Below are positions 14,145-21,668 of a stretch of 24,000 bases of DNA, in pieces (within the stretch, counting starts at the first letter, position 1; every line of letters begins with the position of its first letter). The notes under the pieces were generated by a model. It saw nothing but the letters and a program-made list of their open reading frames with translations. It was not told the DNA's origin and did no database searches. The DNA lies in assembly GCA_019241085.1 (NCBI GenBank), contig JAFAXH010000150.1, positions 7,620 to 31,619 on the forward strand. The letters are read 5' to 3'. Position numbers and translations under genes: made by a program. Source of the DNA: Verrucomicrobiota bacterium (GTDB taxonomy: Bacteria; Verrucomicrobiota; Verrucomicrobiia; Chthoniobacterales; SZAS-18).

Positions 14145-15788
14145 ATGACTGAATCCGCGCCCATTGCTTCCCACCCCGCGTCGCCACCGCCGCCCGTGGC
14201 GCCCGTGCGTCGTCCGCGCCGCGGCGGTTTGTCGCCCGTCTGGATCGTTCCCTTCATCGCCGCCGCGCTCGGCCTTTGGCTGGCCTGGCGGTATTATTCG
14301 GCAAAAGGGCCGGAAATCGCGGTGCGGTTCGACACCGCGGAAGGGATCATTGCCGGCAAGACGCCCGTGCTCTGCCGCAGCGTCAACGTCGGCACCGTCG
14401 GCGAGGTCCGGCTCACCGATGATCTCAAAGGCGTCGTGGTGAAGCTCGACATGAACAGCGATGCGTCGCGGCTGCTGGTCGATGACACGCAGATTTGGAT
14501 CGTGCGTGCGCGCTATTCCGCGGCCGGAATTTCAGGCTTGAACACGCTCTTTTCCGGCAACTACCTCGAACTCCAGCCGGGAATTTCCAAGGCGCCCCGC
14601 CGCGAATTTACCGGTTTGGAAAACCCGCCAGCCACGCCGCCGGGCGTGCCGGGATTGCGCTTCCGGCTGCTCGCCAAACAGGCCGGCGGACTCGGGCCGG
14701 GCGCGTCGATCATCTACAAAGGCATCGGCGTCGGCAAGGTCGAGACGCGCACCTTTCATCCCGAAAACGGCGAGGTGGAGTTCAGCGCTTTCATTGAAAA
14801 AGAATACGCCCGCCTCGTGGACGAAACGACGCGCTTCTTCAACGCCGGCGGCCTCGATTTGAAGATCGGCGCGGACGGCGTGCAGTTGCGCTCCGGCACG
14901 CTGGAATCGCTGCTCGCCTCCAGCGTCACCTTCACCGAGCCGGATTCCAACAAGCCGCGCGCGCAAGTTCTGCCGGATGGGCACACGTTCATCCTTTACG
15001 GAAGTTTTGACGAGACGCGCAAAGCCGATTTCAACCCGAGCCTGCCGTATCTGCTGCTCTTCACCGGCAGCGTGCGCGGCCTCAGCGTCGATGCGCCGGT
15101 GGAGTTCCGCGGCATTCGCGTCGGCACCGTCATCAGCGCTTCGTTTCAATACTACCCCGACGATCCGGAGCGCCGCGTGCCGGTGCTCATCAAGCTCGAT
15201 CCGACTCTGCTCGTGGCGAGCGGCGAGAACGATCCCACCACGGCGCAGAGGCTCATCGCGCAGAGCGTGGAAAAAGGTCTGCGCGCCAGCTTGAAAACCG
15301 GCAGTTTTCTGACCGGACAGCTTTTCGTGGAACTGGATTTTCAAAAGGACGCGCCGCCCGCCGAGGTCGTCAGCATCCCCGGCTACGACGTGCTGCCCAC
15401 GATCTCCTCGGGGCTGGAAGAGTTGCAGGAAAAACTCGCGACGCTGCTCGATAAATTCAACGACCTGCCGCTGGACAAAACCGTGGACAGCGCCAACCAG
15501 GCGCTGCTCGCCGTCAAGGACGCCGCGGCCAATCTCAGCAAGTTCCTCGGCTCATCCGAAACGCAGGCGTTGCCCGGCAGCCTGCGCAAGGACCTGACCG
15601 AGTTGCAGCGGACGCTGGCGGGTTACAACGACAAGTCGCCGTTCTATCAAGACCTCTCCGCCACGCTGCGGCAGCTCACGGAAACCTTGCGCGCTTTGCA
15701 GGGCTTGTCGGGCACGCTGGATCGCAACCCGAACTCGATTATTTTCGGCAAACCCGGCAACGTCGCTCCGCCGCGCGGCAGCCGTTGA
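14145..15788 (+). CDS. pqiB: PqiB-like multi-MCE-domain periplasmic bridge protein
   Basis: 547 aa from the ATG at 14145. An alternative GTG at 14121 overlaps the pqiA stop as GTGA. It is collinear with E. coli PqiB: LSPVWIVPFIAAALGLWLAWRYYSAKGPEI, GKTPVLCRSVNVGTVGEV, GISGLNTLFSGNYLELQPG, VEFRGIRVGTV, SLKTGSFLTGQLFVELDF, then a C-terminal helical needle region. Confidence 0.9.
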   Translation: MTESAPIASHPASPPPPVAPVRRPRRGGLSPVWIVPFIAAALGLWLAWRYYSAKGPEIAVRFDTAEGIIAGKTPVLCRSVNVGTVGEVRLTDDLKGVVVKLDMNSDASRLLVDDTQIWIVRARYSAAGISGLNTLFSGNYLELQPGISKAPRREFTGLENPPATPPGVPGLRFRLLAKQAGGLGPGASIIYKGIGVGKVETRTFHPENGEVEFSAFIEKEYARLVDETTRFFNAGGLDLKIGADGVQLRSGTLESLLASSVTFTEPDSNKPRAQVLPDGHTFILYGSFDETRKADFNPSLPYLLLFTGSVRGLSVDAPVEFRGIRVGTVISASFQYYPDDPERRVPVLIKLDPTLLVASGENDPTTAQRLIAQSVEKGLRASLKTGSFLTGQLFVELDFQKDAPPAEVVSIPGYDVLPTISSGLEELQEKLATLLDKFNDLPLDKTVDSANQALLAVKDAAANLSKFLGSSETQALPGSLRKDLTELQRTLAGYNDKSPFYQDLSATLRQLTETLRALQGLSGTLDRNPNSIIFGKPGNVAPPRGSR

Positions 15789-15829
15789 TTCTTTGGGGAG
15801 CAGGCACCAAGCGGAATTTTTTTTAAACA

Positions 15830-16420
15830 ATGAAAAACCCCATTGTGCGGCGCGCGCTCTCTGCCTTGCTGGCCACGGGTCTCCTCGCCGGTTGCAGCGC
15901 CGCGCAGCAATACTACCGGCTGAGCGCCGACGGCCCCGCGCCGGCGGCCGCGCGCGGCGCGAGCGTGGGCGTCGGCCCCATCGCGCTGCCCGGCTACGTG
16001 GACCGCGCCGAGCTGGTTTTTCAAAGTAACGCGAACCAGTTTCAAATCCCCGGCAACGTGCACTGGGCCGGCACGCTCCAGGACAACATTGCACGCACGC
16101 TCGCCGCCGACCTCGCGCGACGGCGCGGTTGGGGCAACGTCGCGAGCTATCCGTGGGACGCCGCGGTTGCCGGCACGCTGCGTTATCAAGTCGTGCTCAA
16201 CGTGCGGCAGTTTCACGCGGTCAGCGGTGTCGGCGCCATCCTTGAAACGACGTGGACGATTGAAAATCCGCGCGCCGGGCGCGGCGTGATCGTCCGGCAG
16301 GGAAACGTGAATTTTCAGGAACCGATCATCGGCGACGGCTATGGGCCGGTGGTGGCCGCCGAGAGCCGCTTGATCGCGCGCTTGGCCGACGAGATTGCGC
16401 GCGCGCTGCCGGCGCGCTGA
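15830..16420 (+). CDS. pqiC: PqiC (YmbA)-like outer-membrane lipoprotein, ABC-type transport auxiliary component
   Basis: 196 aa with signal plus lipobox LLAGCSAAQQYYRL, matching the PqiC N-terminus (C-S-x-x-x-YY-L). It sits immediately after pqiB. Confidence 0.8.
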   Translation: MKNPIVRRALSALLATGLLAGCSAAQQYYRLSADGPAPAAARGASVGVGPIALPGYVDRAELVFQSNANQFQIPGNVHWAGTLQDNIARTLAADLARRRGWGNVASYPWDAAVAGTLRYQVVLNVRQFHAVSGVGAILETTWTIENPRAGRGVIVRQGNVNFQEPIIGDGYGPVVAAESRLIARLADEIARALPAR

Positions 16421-16500
16421 CCGCGCGGCATTTTTCATCTTCCGGCTTGCCGTCGGTGGCGGGGTCGCCGCTAAGTTAAGGGCCGCTCCCGCCGCGCCCG

Positions 16501-19497
16501 ATGTTGCTCCGCATTTTCCACGCGCTTTTTCCCACGCCACGTCGCGCGGTGCGCGGGCGCGAGGGCTGGCCGCTCGGGATTTTTCTGCTACTGTTTCTCG
16601 GCGGCGCGCTCCTGGCTCATGTGCGCGGCTGGCTGCGTTTTTCCAATCCCGCGGCCTTCTGGCTGACGCTGACTCTGCCGTGGTTTTGGTGGCAGCACGT
16701 CGCCTCCGCCGGCGGCGGGCTGCGCGGCGCGCGCGCCACCGTCGCGCTACTCACTCGGTTCACCTTGGCGGCCGCGCTGATCCTGCTGCTCGCGCAACCG
16801 CGCGCCGTTCGCACGAGCCGCGATCTTTCGCTTATTTACGCGCTCGATCTCAGCGATTCGATGGGATCGCGCGTGTCCGACAACGCGCTCAACTTCGTGC
16901 TCACCACCGCGCGCGACAAGCCGCCGCGCGACGAAGCCGGCCTCGTCGTTTTCGCCCGCGACGCCGCCGTGGAATTGCCGCCGCGGCGCAACCTGCCCTT
17001 CGAGGCAATCAACTCCCGCGTGAGCCGCGACGCCACCGATCTCAACGCCGCGCTCGCGCTCTCCGCCGCCGTGCTGCCCGAAACGAACACGGGCCGCATC
17101 GTGCTCATTTCCGACGGCAACGCGACCGACGGCAACCTGCGCCTTGCCGCGACGCTGGACGAGTTGAAAGCACGCGGTGTCGCGGTCGATGTGCTGCCGG
17201 TGAGTTACGATTTGAAAAACGAAGTCTGGCTCGAACGGCTCGACCTGCCGCGCTTCGTCAAAGCCGGCGAGACCTACGAAGCCGCCGTCATTCTTTCGTC
17301 GCTCCAACGCGGCAGCGGCAAGCTCACGCTGCGCGAAAACGGCAAGGTCATCGTGGAAGAAAACGTGACCTTCGACGCCGGCAAAAACCGCTTTGCGCTG
17401 CCGCTTTATTTGCGCGGGCCGGGTTATTACGAATACACCGCCACCATCGACCCCGCGCCGGGCGCCGACACCTGGCGGGAAAACAACGTCGCGCTCGGCG
17501 AACTCTTTCTCCCCGGCGCGGGCCGCGTGCTTTGCGTCACCGATCCGCAAGGCGATGGGCGCGAGATCGAGCCGCTGTTGCAAGCCCTCCGCGGCGGCAG
17601 CAACGGACGCGCGGTCGAAACGCAGAGCGCCTACGATTTTCCCCGCGACGCGCTGGCGCTGTTGCCTTACGACGCGATCATTTTCGCCGACGCGCCGGCC
17701 GACGCCTTTGACCCCGCGCAGTTGCAGGCGCTGCGCGACGCGGTCTTCAACCAAGGCAGCGGCTTTCTCATGGTCGGCGGCAAAAACGGCTTCGGCCCCG
17801 GCGGCTGGCACCGCACGGCGGTCGAGGAAACGTTGCCCGTCGAGATGGACATTCAGCAAAAAAAAGTGCTGCCCAAAGGCGCGCTCGTCATCGTGCTGCA
17901 CACGTGCGAATTCGCCGAAGGCAACACCTACGGCAAACGCATCGCGAAGGAAGCCATCCGCGTGCTCGGCGCGCAGGACGAAGCCGGCTTGCTCGCGTAT
18001 GACAACGGCGGCGAACGCTGGATTTTCCCGCTCACGCCGGCGGGCGAATACCAGCGGCTCGCCACGCTCATCAACCAATGCGAGCCGGGCGACATGCCGA
18101 GCTTCGCGCCGATCATGCAGATGGGCTTCGACGCGCTGAAGGCCAGCGACGCGGCGGCGAAGCACATGATCGTCATATCCGACGGCGACCCGTCACCGCC
18201 CGCGCCCGCGCTCGTGCAGGCGTTCGTGGACAACAAGATCAGCGTCTCGATGGTGGCGATCAATCCGCACGGCGGCATCGACATTTCCATCATGCAGTCG
18301 GTCGCCGCGACGACGGGCGGACGCTACTATTTTCCGCAAGACCCAAACCAGCTCCCGGCGATTTTTATCAAGGAAGCCAAGACGCTGAAACGTTCGATGA
18401 TTCAAAACAAAACGTTTGTGCCGAGCGTGACGTTTCCATCGCCGATTTTGAAAGGCATCGACGGCCCGCTGCCGGAGCTGCGCGGTTACACGCTGACGAC
18501 CCCGAAGGCGCGCGCGCTGACGATTTTGAAAGGCCCGGAAACCGAGGATACCGATCCGATCCTGGCGCAATGGCGCTTCGGCCTCGGCACGACGGCGGCG
18601 TGGACGAGCGACCTGTCGCGCAACTGGGCGGCGGCGTGGGTGGATTGGGAAAAATACGCGGCGTTCGTGAAAGGCTTGCTCACCGAATTTTCGCGCGTCG
18701 AAACGCGCAACGACCTGCGGCTGCGCGCGACGGCAGAAGGCGATACGGGCGTGATCGTGGCCGAGGACTTTGCGCCGGGCGAAGAGACTTTTTTGGAATT
18801 GCTCGCGCGCGTCACCGGCCCCGGCGGACGGACGGAAAACGTGCCGCTGCGCCAGACCGGGCCGCGGCGTTACGAAGGCCGCTTTCCGCTCTGGGGTCGC
18901 GGCCGCTACGGCGTCGTGGCGGCGGGCGTGGGCGGGGGCGGCAGGCAGGAGCACGCAGTCGCCGGTTTTGCGCAGGCGTATTCGGCAGAATACCTGCGCT
19001 TTCGCAGCGACCCGCTGGCGTTGCAAGAAATCGTTGCGCGCACGGGCGGGCGCGTGCTGACGGGTAAGGAAACAGGCGTCGAATTATTCACGAACATTCC
19101 GCGCCCGCCGAAGGAAACATCGCGTCCCGCGCTCGATTGGTTTTTCCTTCTCGCCGCGTGTCTGGTGCCGCTCGATGTGGCTGTGCGCCGCGTGCAGCTC
19201 GATTGGTCGCTGATCTTCGCGCGGCTCCGCCGCAAAGGCGGCGCGCCCGTCGCGTCCGAGGTCACGCTCGGCTCGTTGTTGCAACGCAAGCAACGCGCCG
19301 CGACCAAGCCCGCCGCGCCTGTCCAATCTCGAACGCCGCGCAGCAATTTTCCAAGCCCGCAAAAACCAGTTCCGCCGGCGCAACCGCAACCGCCGCCCGC
19401 CGCAACGTCGTCACCACCGAGCGACGCGCCGGCTTCCACGATGTCGCATCTCTTGGCTCGCAAAAAACGCCGCGATGCGGATAAACCTCCCGAGTAA
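16501..19497 (+). CDS. Large membrane protein: BatA-type N-terminal double-TM domain, vWA domain (intact MIDAS), GATase1-like domain, second vWA-like domain, C-terminal TM and Pro-rich tail
   Basis: 998 aa. N-terminus LRFSNPAAFWLTLTLPWFWW...LLLAQP. MIDAS DLSDS at 16846-16860. AIIFADAPADAF...GSGFLMVGGKNGFGPGGW...LPV resembles the putative-glutamine-amidotransferase fold but has no nucleophile Cys. The second vWA-like block has LHTCEF (about 17896-17913) where DxSxS is expected. TM WFFLLAACLVPLDVAV. The tail is rich in P/Q/A/S. Confidence 0.85.
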   Translation: MLLRIFHALFPTPRRAVRGREGWPLGIFLLLFLGGALLAHVRGWLRFSNPAAFWLTLTLPWFWWQHVASAGGGLRGARATVALLTRFTLAAALILLLAQPRAVRTSRDLSLIYALDLSDSMGSRVSDNALNFVLTTARDKPPRDEAGLVVFARDAAVELPPRRNLPFEAINSRVSRDATDLNAALALSAAVLPETNTGRIVLISDGNATDGNLRLAATLDELKARGVAVDVLPVSYDLKNEVWLERLDLPRFVKAGETYEAAVILSSLQRGSGKLTLRENGKVIVEENVTFDAGKNRFALPLYLRGPGYYEYTATIDPAPGADTWRENNVALGELFLPGAGRVLCVTDPQGDGREIEPLLQALRGGSNGRAVETQSAYDFPRDALALLPYDAIIFADAPADAFDPAQLQALRDAVFNQGSGFLMVGGKNGFGPGGWHRTAVEETLPVEMDIQQKKVLPKGALVIVLHTCEFAEGNTYGKRIAKEAIRVLGAQDEAGLLAYDNGGERWIFPLTPAGEYQRLATLINQCEPGDMPSFAPIMQMGFDALKASDAAAKHMIVISDGDPSPPAPALVQAFVDNKISVSMVAINPHGGIDISIMQSVAATTGGRYYFPQDPNQLPAIFIKEAKTLKRSMIQNKTFVPSVTFPSPILKGIDGPLPELRGYTLTTPKARALTILKGPETEDTDPILAQWRFGLGTTAAWTSDLSRNWAAAWVDWEKYAAFVKGLLTEFSRVETRNDLRLRATAEGDTGVIVAEDFAPGEETFLELLARVTGPGGRTENVPLRQTGPRRYEGRFPLWGRGRYGVVAAGVGGGGRQEHAVAGFAQAYSAEYLRFRSDPLALQEIVARTGGRVLTGKETGVELFTNIPRPPKETSRPALDWFFLLAACLVPLDVAVRRVQLDWSLIFARLRRKGGAPVASEVTLGSLLQRKQRAATKPAAPVQSRTPRSNFPSPQKPVPPAQPQPPPAATSSPPSDAPASTMSHLLARKKRRDADKPPE

Positions 19498-19540
19498 CCG
19501 ACGTTTCCGGCATGACTGCTTATTCGCGCCCATATTCTTT

Positions 19541-19669
19541 TGTCATCCCGAGCGAAGTCGAGGGACCTCTTGCTATTTGCCTTGGCTCGCGGCGCAGAGT
19601 GAAAACAGTTTGTGCGTCACCGAGCCAGACGATTGGCAAGCGATCCTTCGACTGACGCTCGGGATGACA
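19541..19669. repeat. 129-bp imperfect palindromic intergenic element (long hairpin; CHPERSRG-type repeat)
   Basis: The outer arm tgtcatcccgagcgaagtcgagggacc (19541-19567) pairs with gatccttcgactgacgctcgggatgaca (19642-19669). The inner arm ttgccttggctcg (19577-19589) pairs with cgagccagacgattggcaa (19621-19639). The arm sequence resembles a palindromic repeat family whose spurious translations (..CHPERSEGS.. / ..VIPSEVEGP..) recur in soil-bacterial genomes; this is from memory and unverified. Confidence 0.7.
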
Positions 19670-19697
19670 ACGAATTCACGCCCAACCGCTTTTTCCC

Positions 19698-20723
19698 ATG
19701 ACTGCCTTTGACACCACTTCCACCTCCGCCGCCGACCTCACCCAAGAAGCCACCGCGTTCGCCGAAGATTTCACGCGTCTGCGCACCGAAATCGGCCGCG
19801 TCATCGTCGGCCAGGAACGCGTCGTCGAAGGCGTGCTCACCGCGATCATCGCCGGCGGCAACGTCCTGCTCGAAGGCGTGCCCGGCTTGGGCAAAACGGA
19901 ATTGGTGAAAACGCTCTCCCGCGCGCTCACGCTCGACTTCAAACGCATCCAGTTCACGCCCGACCTCATGCCCGCCGACATCATCGGCACCAACGTGCTC
20001 ACGGGCGCGGGCGAAGGCGGCGGTGGATATTCTTTTGATTTCCGGCGCGGCCCGATTTTCACCCAGTTGCTCCTCGCCGACGAGATCAATCGCGCGACGC
20101 CGAAAACGCAAAGCGCGTTGCTCGAAACGATGCAGGAAGGCTCGGTGACGGCCGCCGGACAGACCTACATTTTGCAGCAACCCTTCTTCGTGCTCGCCAC
20201 GCAAAATCCCATCGAGCAGGAAGGCACTTATCCGCTGCCCGAAGCGCAGCTCGACCGCTTCATGCTCAAGCTCGACGTGCCGTTTCTTTCGCGCGCGGAA
20301 TTGAACGAAGTCATCCGCCGCACCACGCTGCAAGCGCCGGTGGAAATCGCGCCGGTGCTCGACGGCCCGCGCATCCTCGCGTTGCGCGAAACACTGCGCA
20401 AAGTCGTCGTCGCCGAGCCGATGCAAGACTACGCCGTGCGCCTCGTGCTGGCGACGCATCCGGCTTCCGAATTCGCGTCCGAATCGGTGCGGCGCTACGT
20501 GAAATTTGGCGCCAGCCCGCGCGCGACGCAGACGCTCATCCGCGCGGCGCGGGTGCGCGCGCTCGTCGCCGGCCGCGCGCACGTGGCGTTCGAGGACGTG
20601 CGGCATTTTGCCATCGAATCGCTCGGCCACCGCGTCTTGCTCAACTACGACGGCCAGGCTGACAACGTGCGCGTCGCGGACCTCGTGCGCGACCTGGCCA
20701 AGACGCTGCCGGAAGCTGGTTGA
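19698..20723 (+). CDS. moxR: MoxR-family AAA+ ATPase (AAA_3)
   Basis: 341 aa. VIVGQERVVEGVLTAIIAGGNVLLEGVPGLGKT (Walker A), LLLADEINRATPKTQSALLETMQE (Walker B / sensor region), FFVLATQNPIEQEGTYPLPEAQLDRF. Confidence 0.95.
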   Translation: MTAFDTTSTSAADLTQEATAFAEDFTRLRTEIGRVIVGQERVVEGVLTAIIAGGNVLLEGVPGLGKTELVKTLSRALTLDFKRIQFTPDLMPADIIGTNVLTGAGEGGGGYSFDFRRGPIFTQLLLADEINRATPKTQSALLETMQEGSVTAAGQTYILQQPFFVLATQNPIEQEGTYPLPEAQLDRFMLKLDVPFLSRAELNEVIRRTTLQAPVEIAPVLDGPRILALRETLRKVVVAEPMQDYAVRLVLATHPASEFASESVRRYVKFGASPRATQTLIRAARVRALVAGRAHVAFEDVRHFAIESLGHRVLLNYDGQADNVRVADLVRDLAKTLPEAG

Positions 20724-20728
20724 TCGCA

Positions 20729-21655
20729 ATGGAAACTCCTGCCGCCAGCGCCGTCACCTCGCTGCTCTCGAACGCCGACCTCGACCGGCTGGCGCGGCTG
20801 CGGCTGCGTCCGCTCCAGCGGCTCACGAGCCGGACGCGCGGCGAGCATCTCGGCGGCAAGGGCGGCACGAGCACGGAGTTTTGCGACTACCGCGATTACG
20901 CCGCAGGCGATGATTTGCGGCACGTCGATTGGAACGCCTTTTCGCGCTTGCATCGGCCGTATTTGAAAGTCTTCCACACCGAGGAGGAACGTCACGTCCT
21001 GCTCGTGCTCGACGCCTCCAGCTCGATGCGTTTTGAAGGCAAGCTCTCGCGTGCGAAATCTCTCGCCGCCGCCTTTGCCGCGCTGGCCTTGCGCGGTCAC
21101 GAACGGCTCAGCGCGTTTGCGTTTTATGCTTCGGAAAATTCCAGCCGGCAGATGGCGCGGCTGCCTTCCTGCGCGGGCCGGATGAGCTTGCGCAAGGCAT
21201 TTGCATTTATCGAAGCCATCGACGAAACGCGCGGCGGCGATCTGACGTTGGAACTTGGCATCGAACGCGCCTTGCAGCAGCACTCCGGCGGACGCGGCAT
21301 CGCCATTGTCATCTCCGATTTCCTCACCGCCGGCGACCTCGGTCGCGCCTTCAATCTCGTCGCCGGCGCGGGGCTGGAACTTTGGGCGCTGCAACTGCTC
21401 GGTCCGAGCGAACGCGATCCGGCGCTGGCGATTCAAGGCGACCTGCGGCTCGTCGATTCCGAGACGGTGCAGGCGCTCGATCTTTCCGCCGCGGGCGACT
21501 TGCTGGCGCTGTATCACGAGTATCGCCTCGCGCACGAACAACGGCTCCAGGCGATCTGCCAGGCGCGCGCGGGACGCTTTGTTTCGCTCGGTTCCGACGA
21601 GCCGCTGAACACCGTGCTCTTCGACCGGCTGCGGCGCTTGGGTTGGATTGTTTGA
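20729..21655 (+). CDS. DUF58 domain protein (MoxR partner, vWA-like fold)
   Basis: The ATG at 20729 lies 5 nt after the moxR stop; the track start at 20720 is TTG. GGTSTEFCDYRDYAAGDDLRHVDWNAFSRLHRPYLKVFHTEEERHVLLVLDASSSM is the hallmark DUF58 core. Confidence 0.9.
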   Translation: METPAASAVTSLLSNADLDRLARLRLRPLQRLTSRTRGEHLGGKGGTSTEFCDYRDYAAGDDLRHVDWNAFSRLHRPYLKVFHTEEERHVLLVLDASSSMRFEGKLSRAKSLAAAFAALALRGHERLSAFAFYASENSSRQMARLPSCAGRMSLRKAFAFIEAIDETRGGDLTLELGIERALQQHSGGRGIAIVISDFLTAGDLGRAFNLVAGAGLELWALQLLGPSERDPALAIQGDLRLVDSETVQALDLSAAGDLLALYHEYRLAHEQRLQAICQARAGRFVSLGSDEPLNTVLFDRLRRLGWIV

Positions 21656-21668
21656 AAGTGTGCGCGCC

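Noticed and set aside
8388-17865. Homopolymer tracts in coding DNA (T8 at 8388-8395, A8 at 10123-10130, A8 at 17858-17865) as phase-variation switches
   Set aside because: They encode plausible FFL / KK residues in frame. Eight-mers are short for slipped-strand switching, and there is no evidence of frameshifted alternatives. The GC-rich background simply makes them stand out.
16395-18165. 438-aa plus-strand (16395-17711) and 472-aa minus-strand (16747-18165) ORFs overlapping the 998-aa gene
   Set aside because: Both are off-frame or antisense shadows with Arg-rich repetitive composition. The 16501 frame carries all recognisable vWA/BatA motifs.
19511-19705. Reading the two CATGACTGC copies as a classical MITE target-site duplication
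   Set aside because: The sequence immediately inside the two copies (ttattcgcgcc... / ...ccgctttttcc) is not inverted-repeat; the palindrome starts 21-27 nt further in. The same 9-mer also marks the GH39 start codon, so a preferred start context is an equally good explanation. It is kept only as an open alternative in the findings.
19475-19711. Small ORFs inside the palindromic element: the 78-aa track ORF, and a 47-aa ATG ORF at 19512-19655 (MTAYSRPYSFVIPSEVEGPL...)
   Set aside because: The peptides are simply translations of the hairpin arms (CHPERSRG / VIPSEVEGP types), and the two arms would encode unrelated sequence. Such ORFs are known annotation artefacts of this kind of repeat. Only the start context is retained as a finding.
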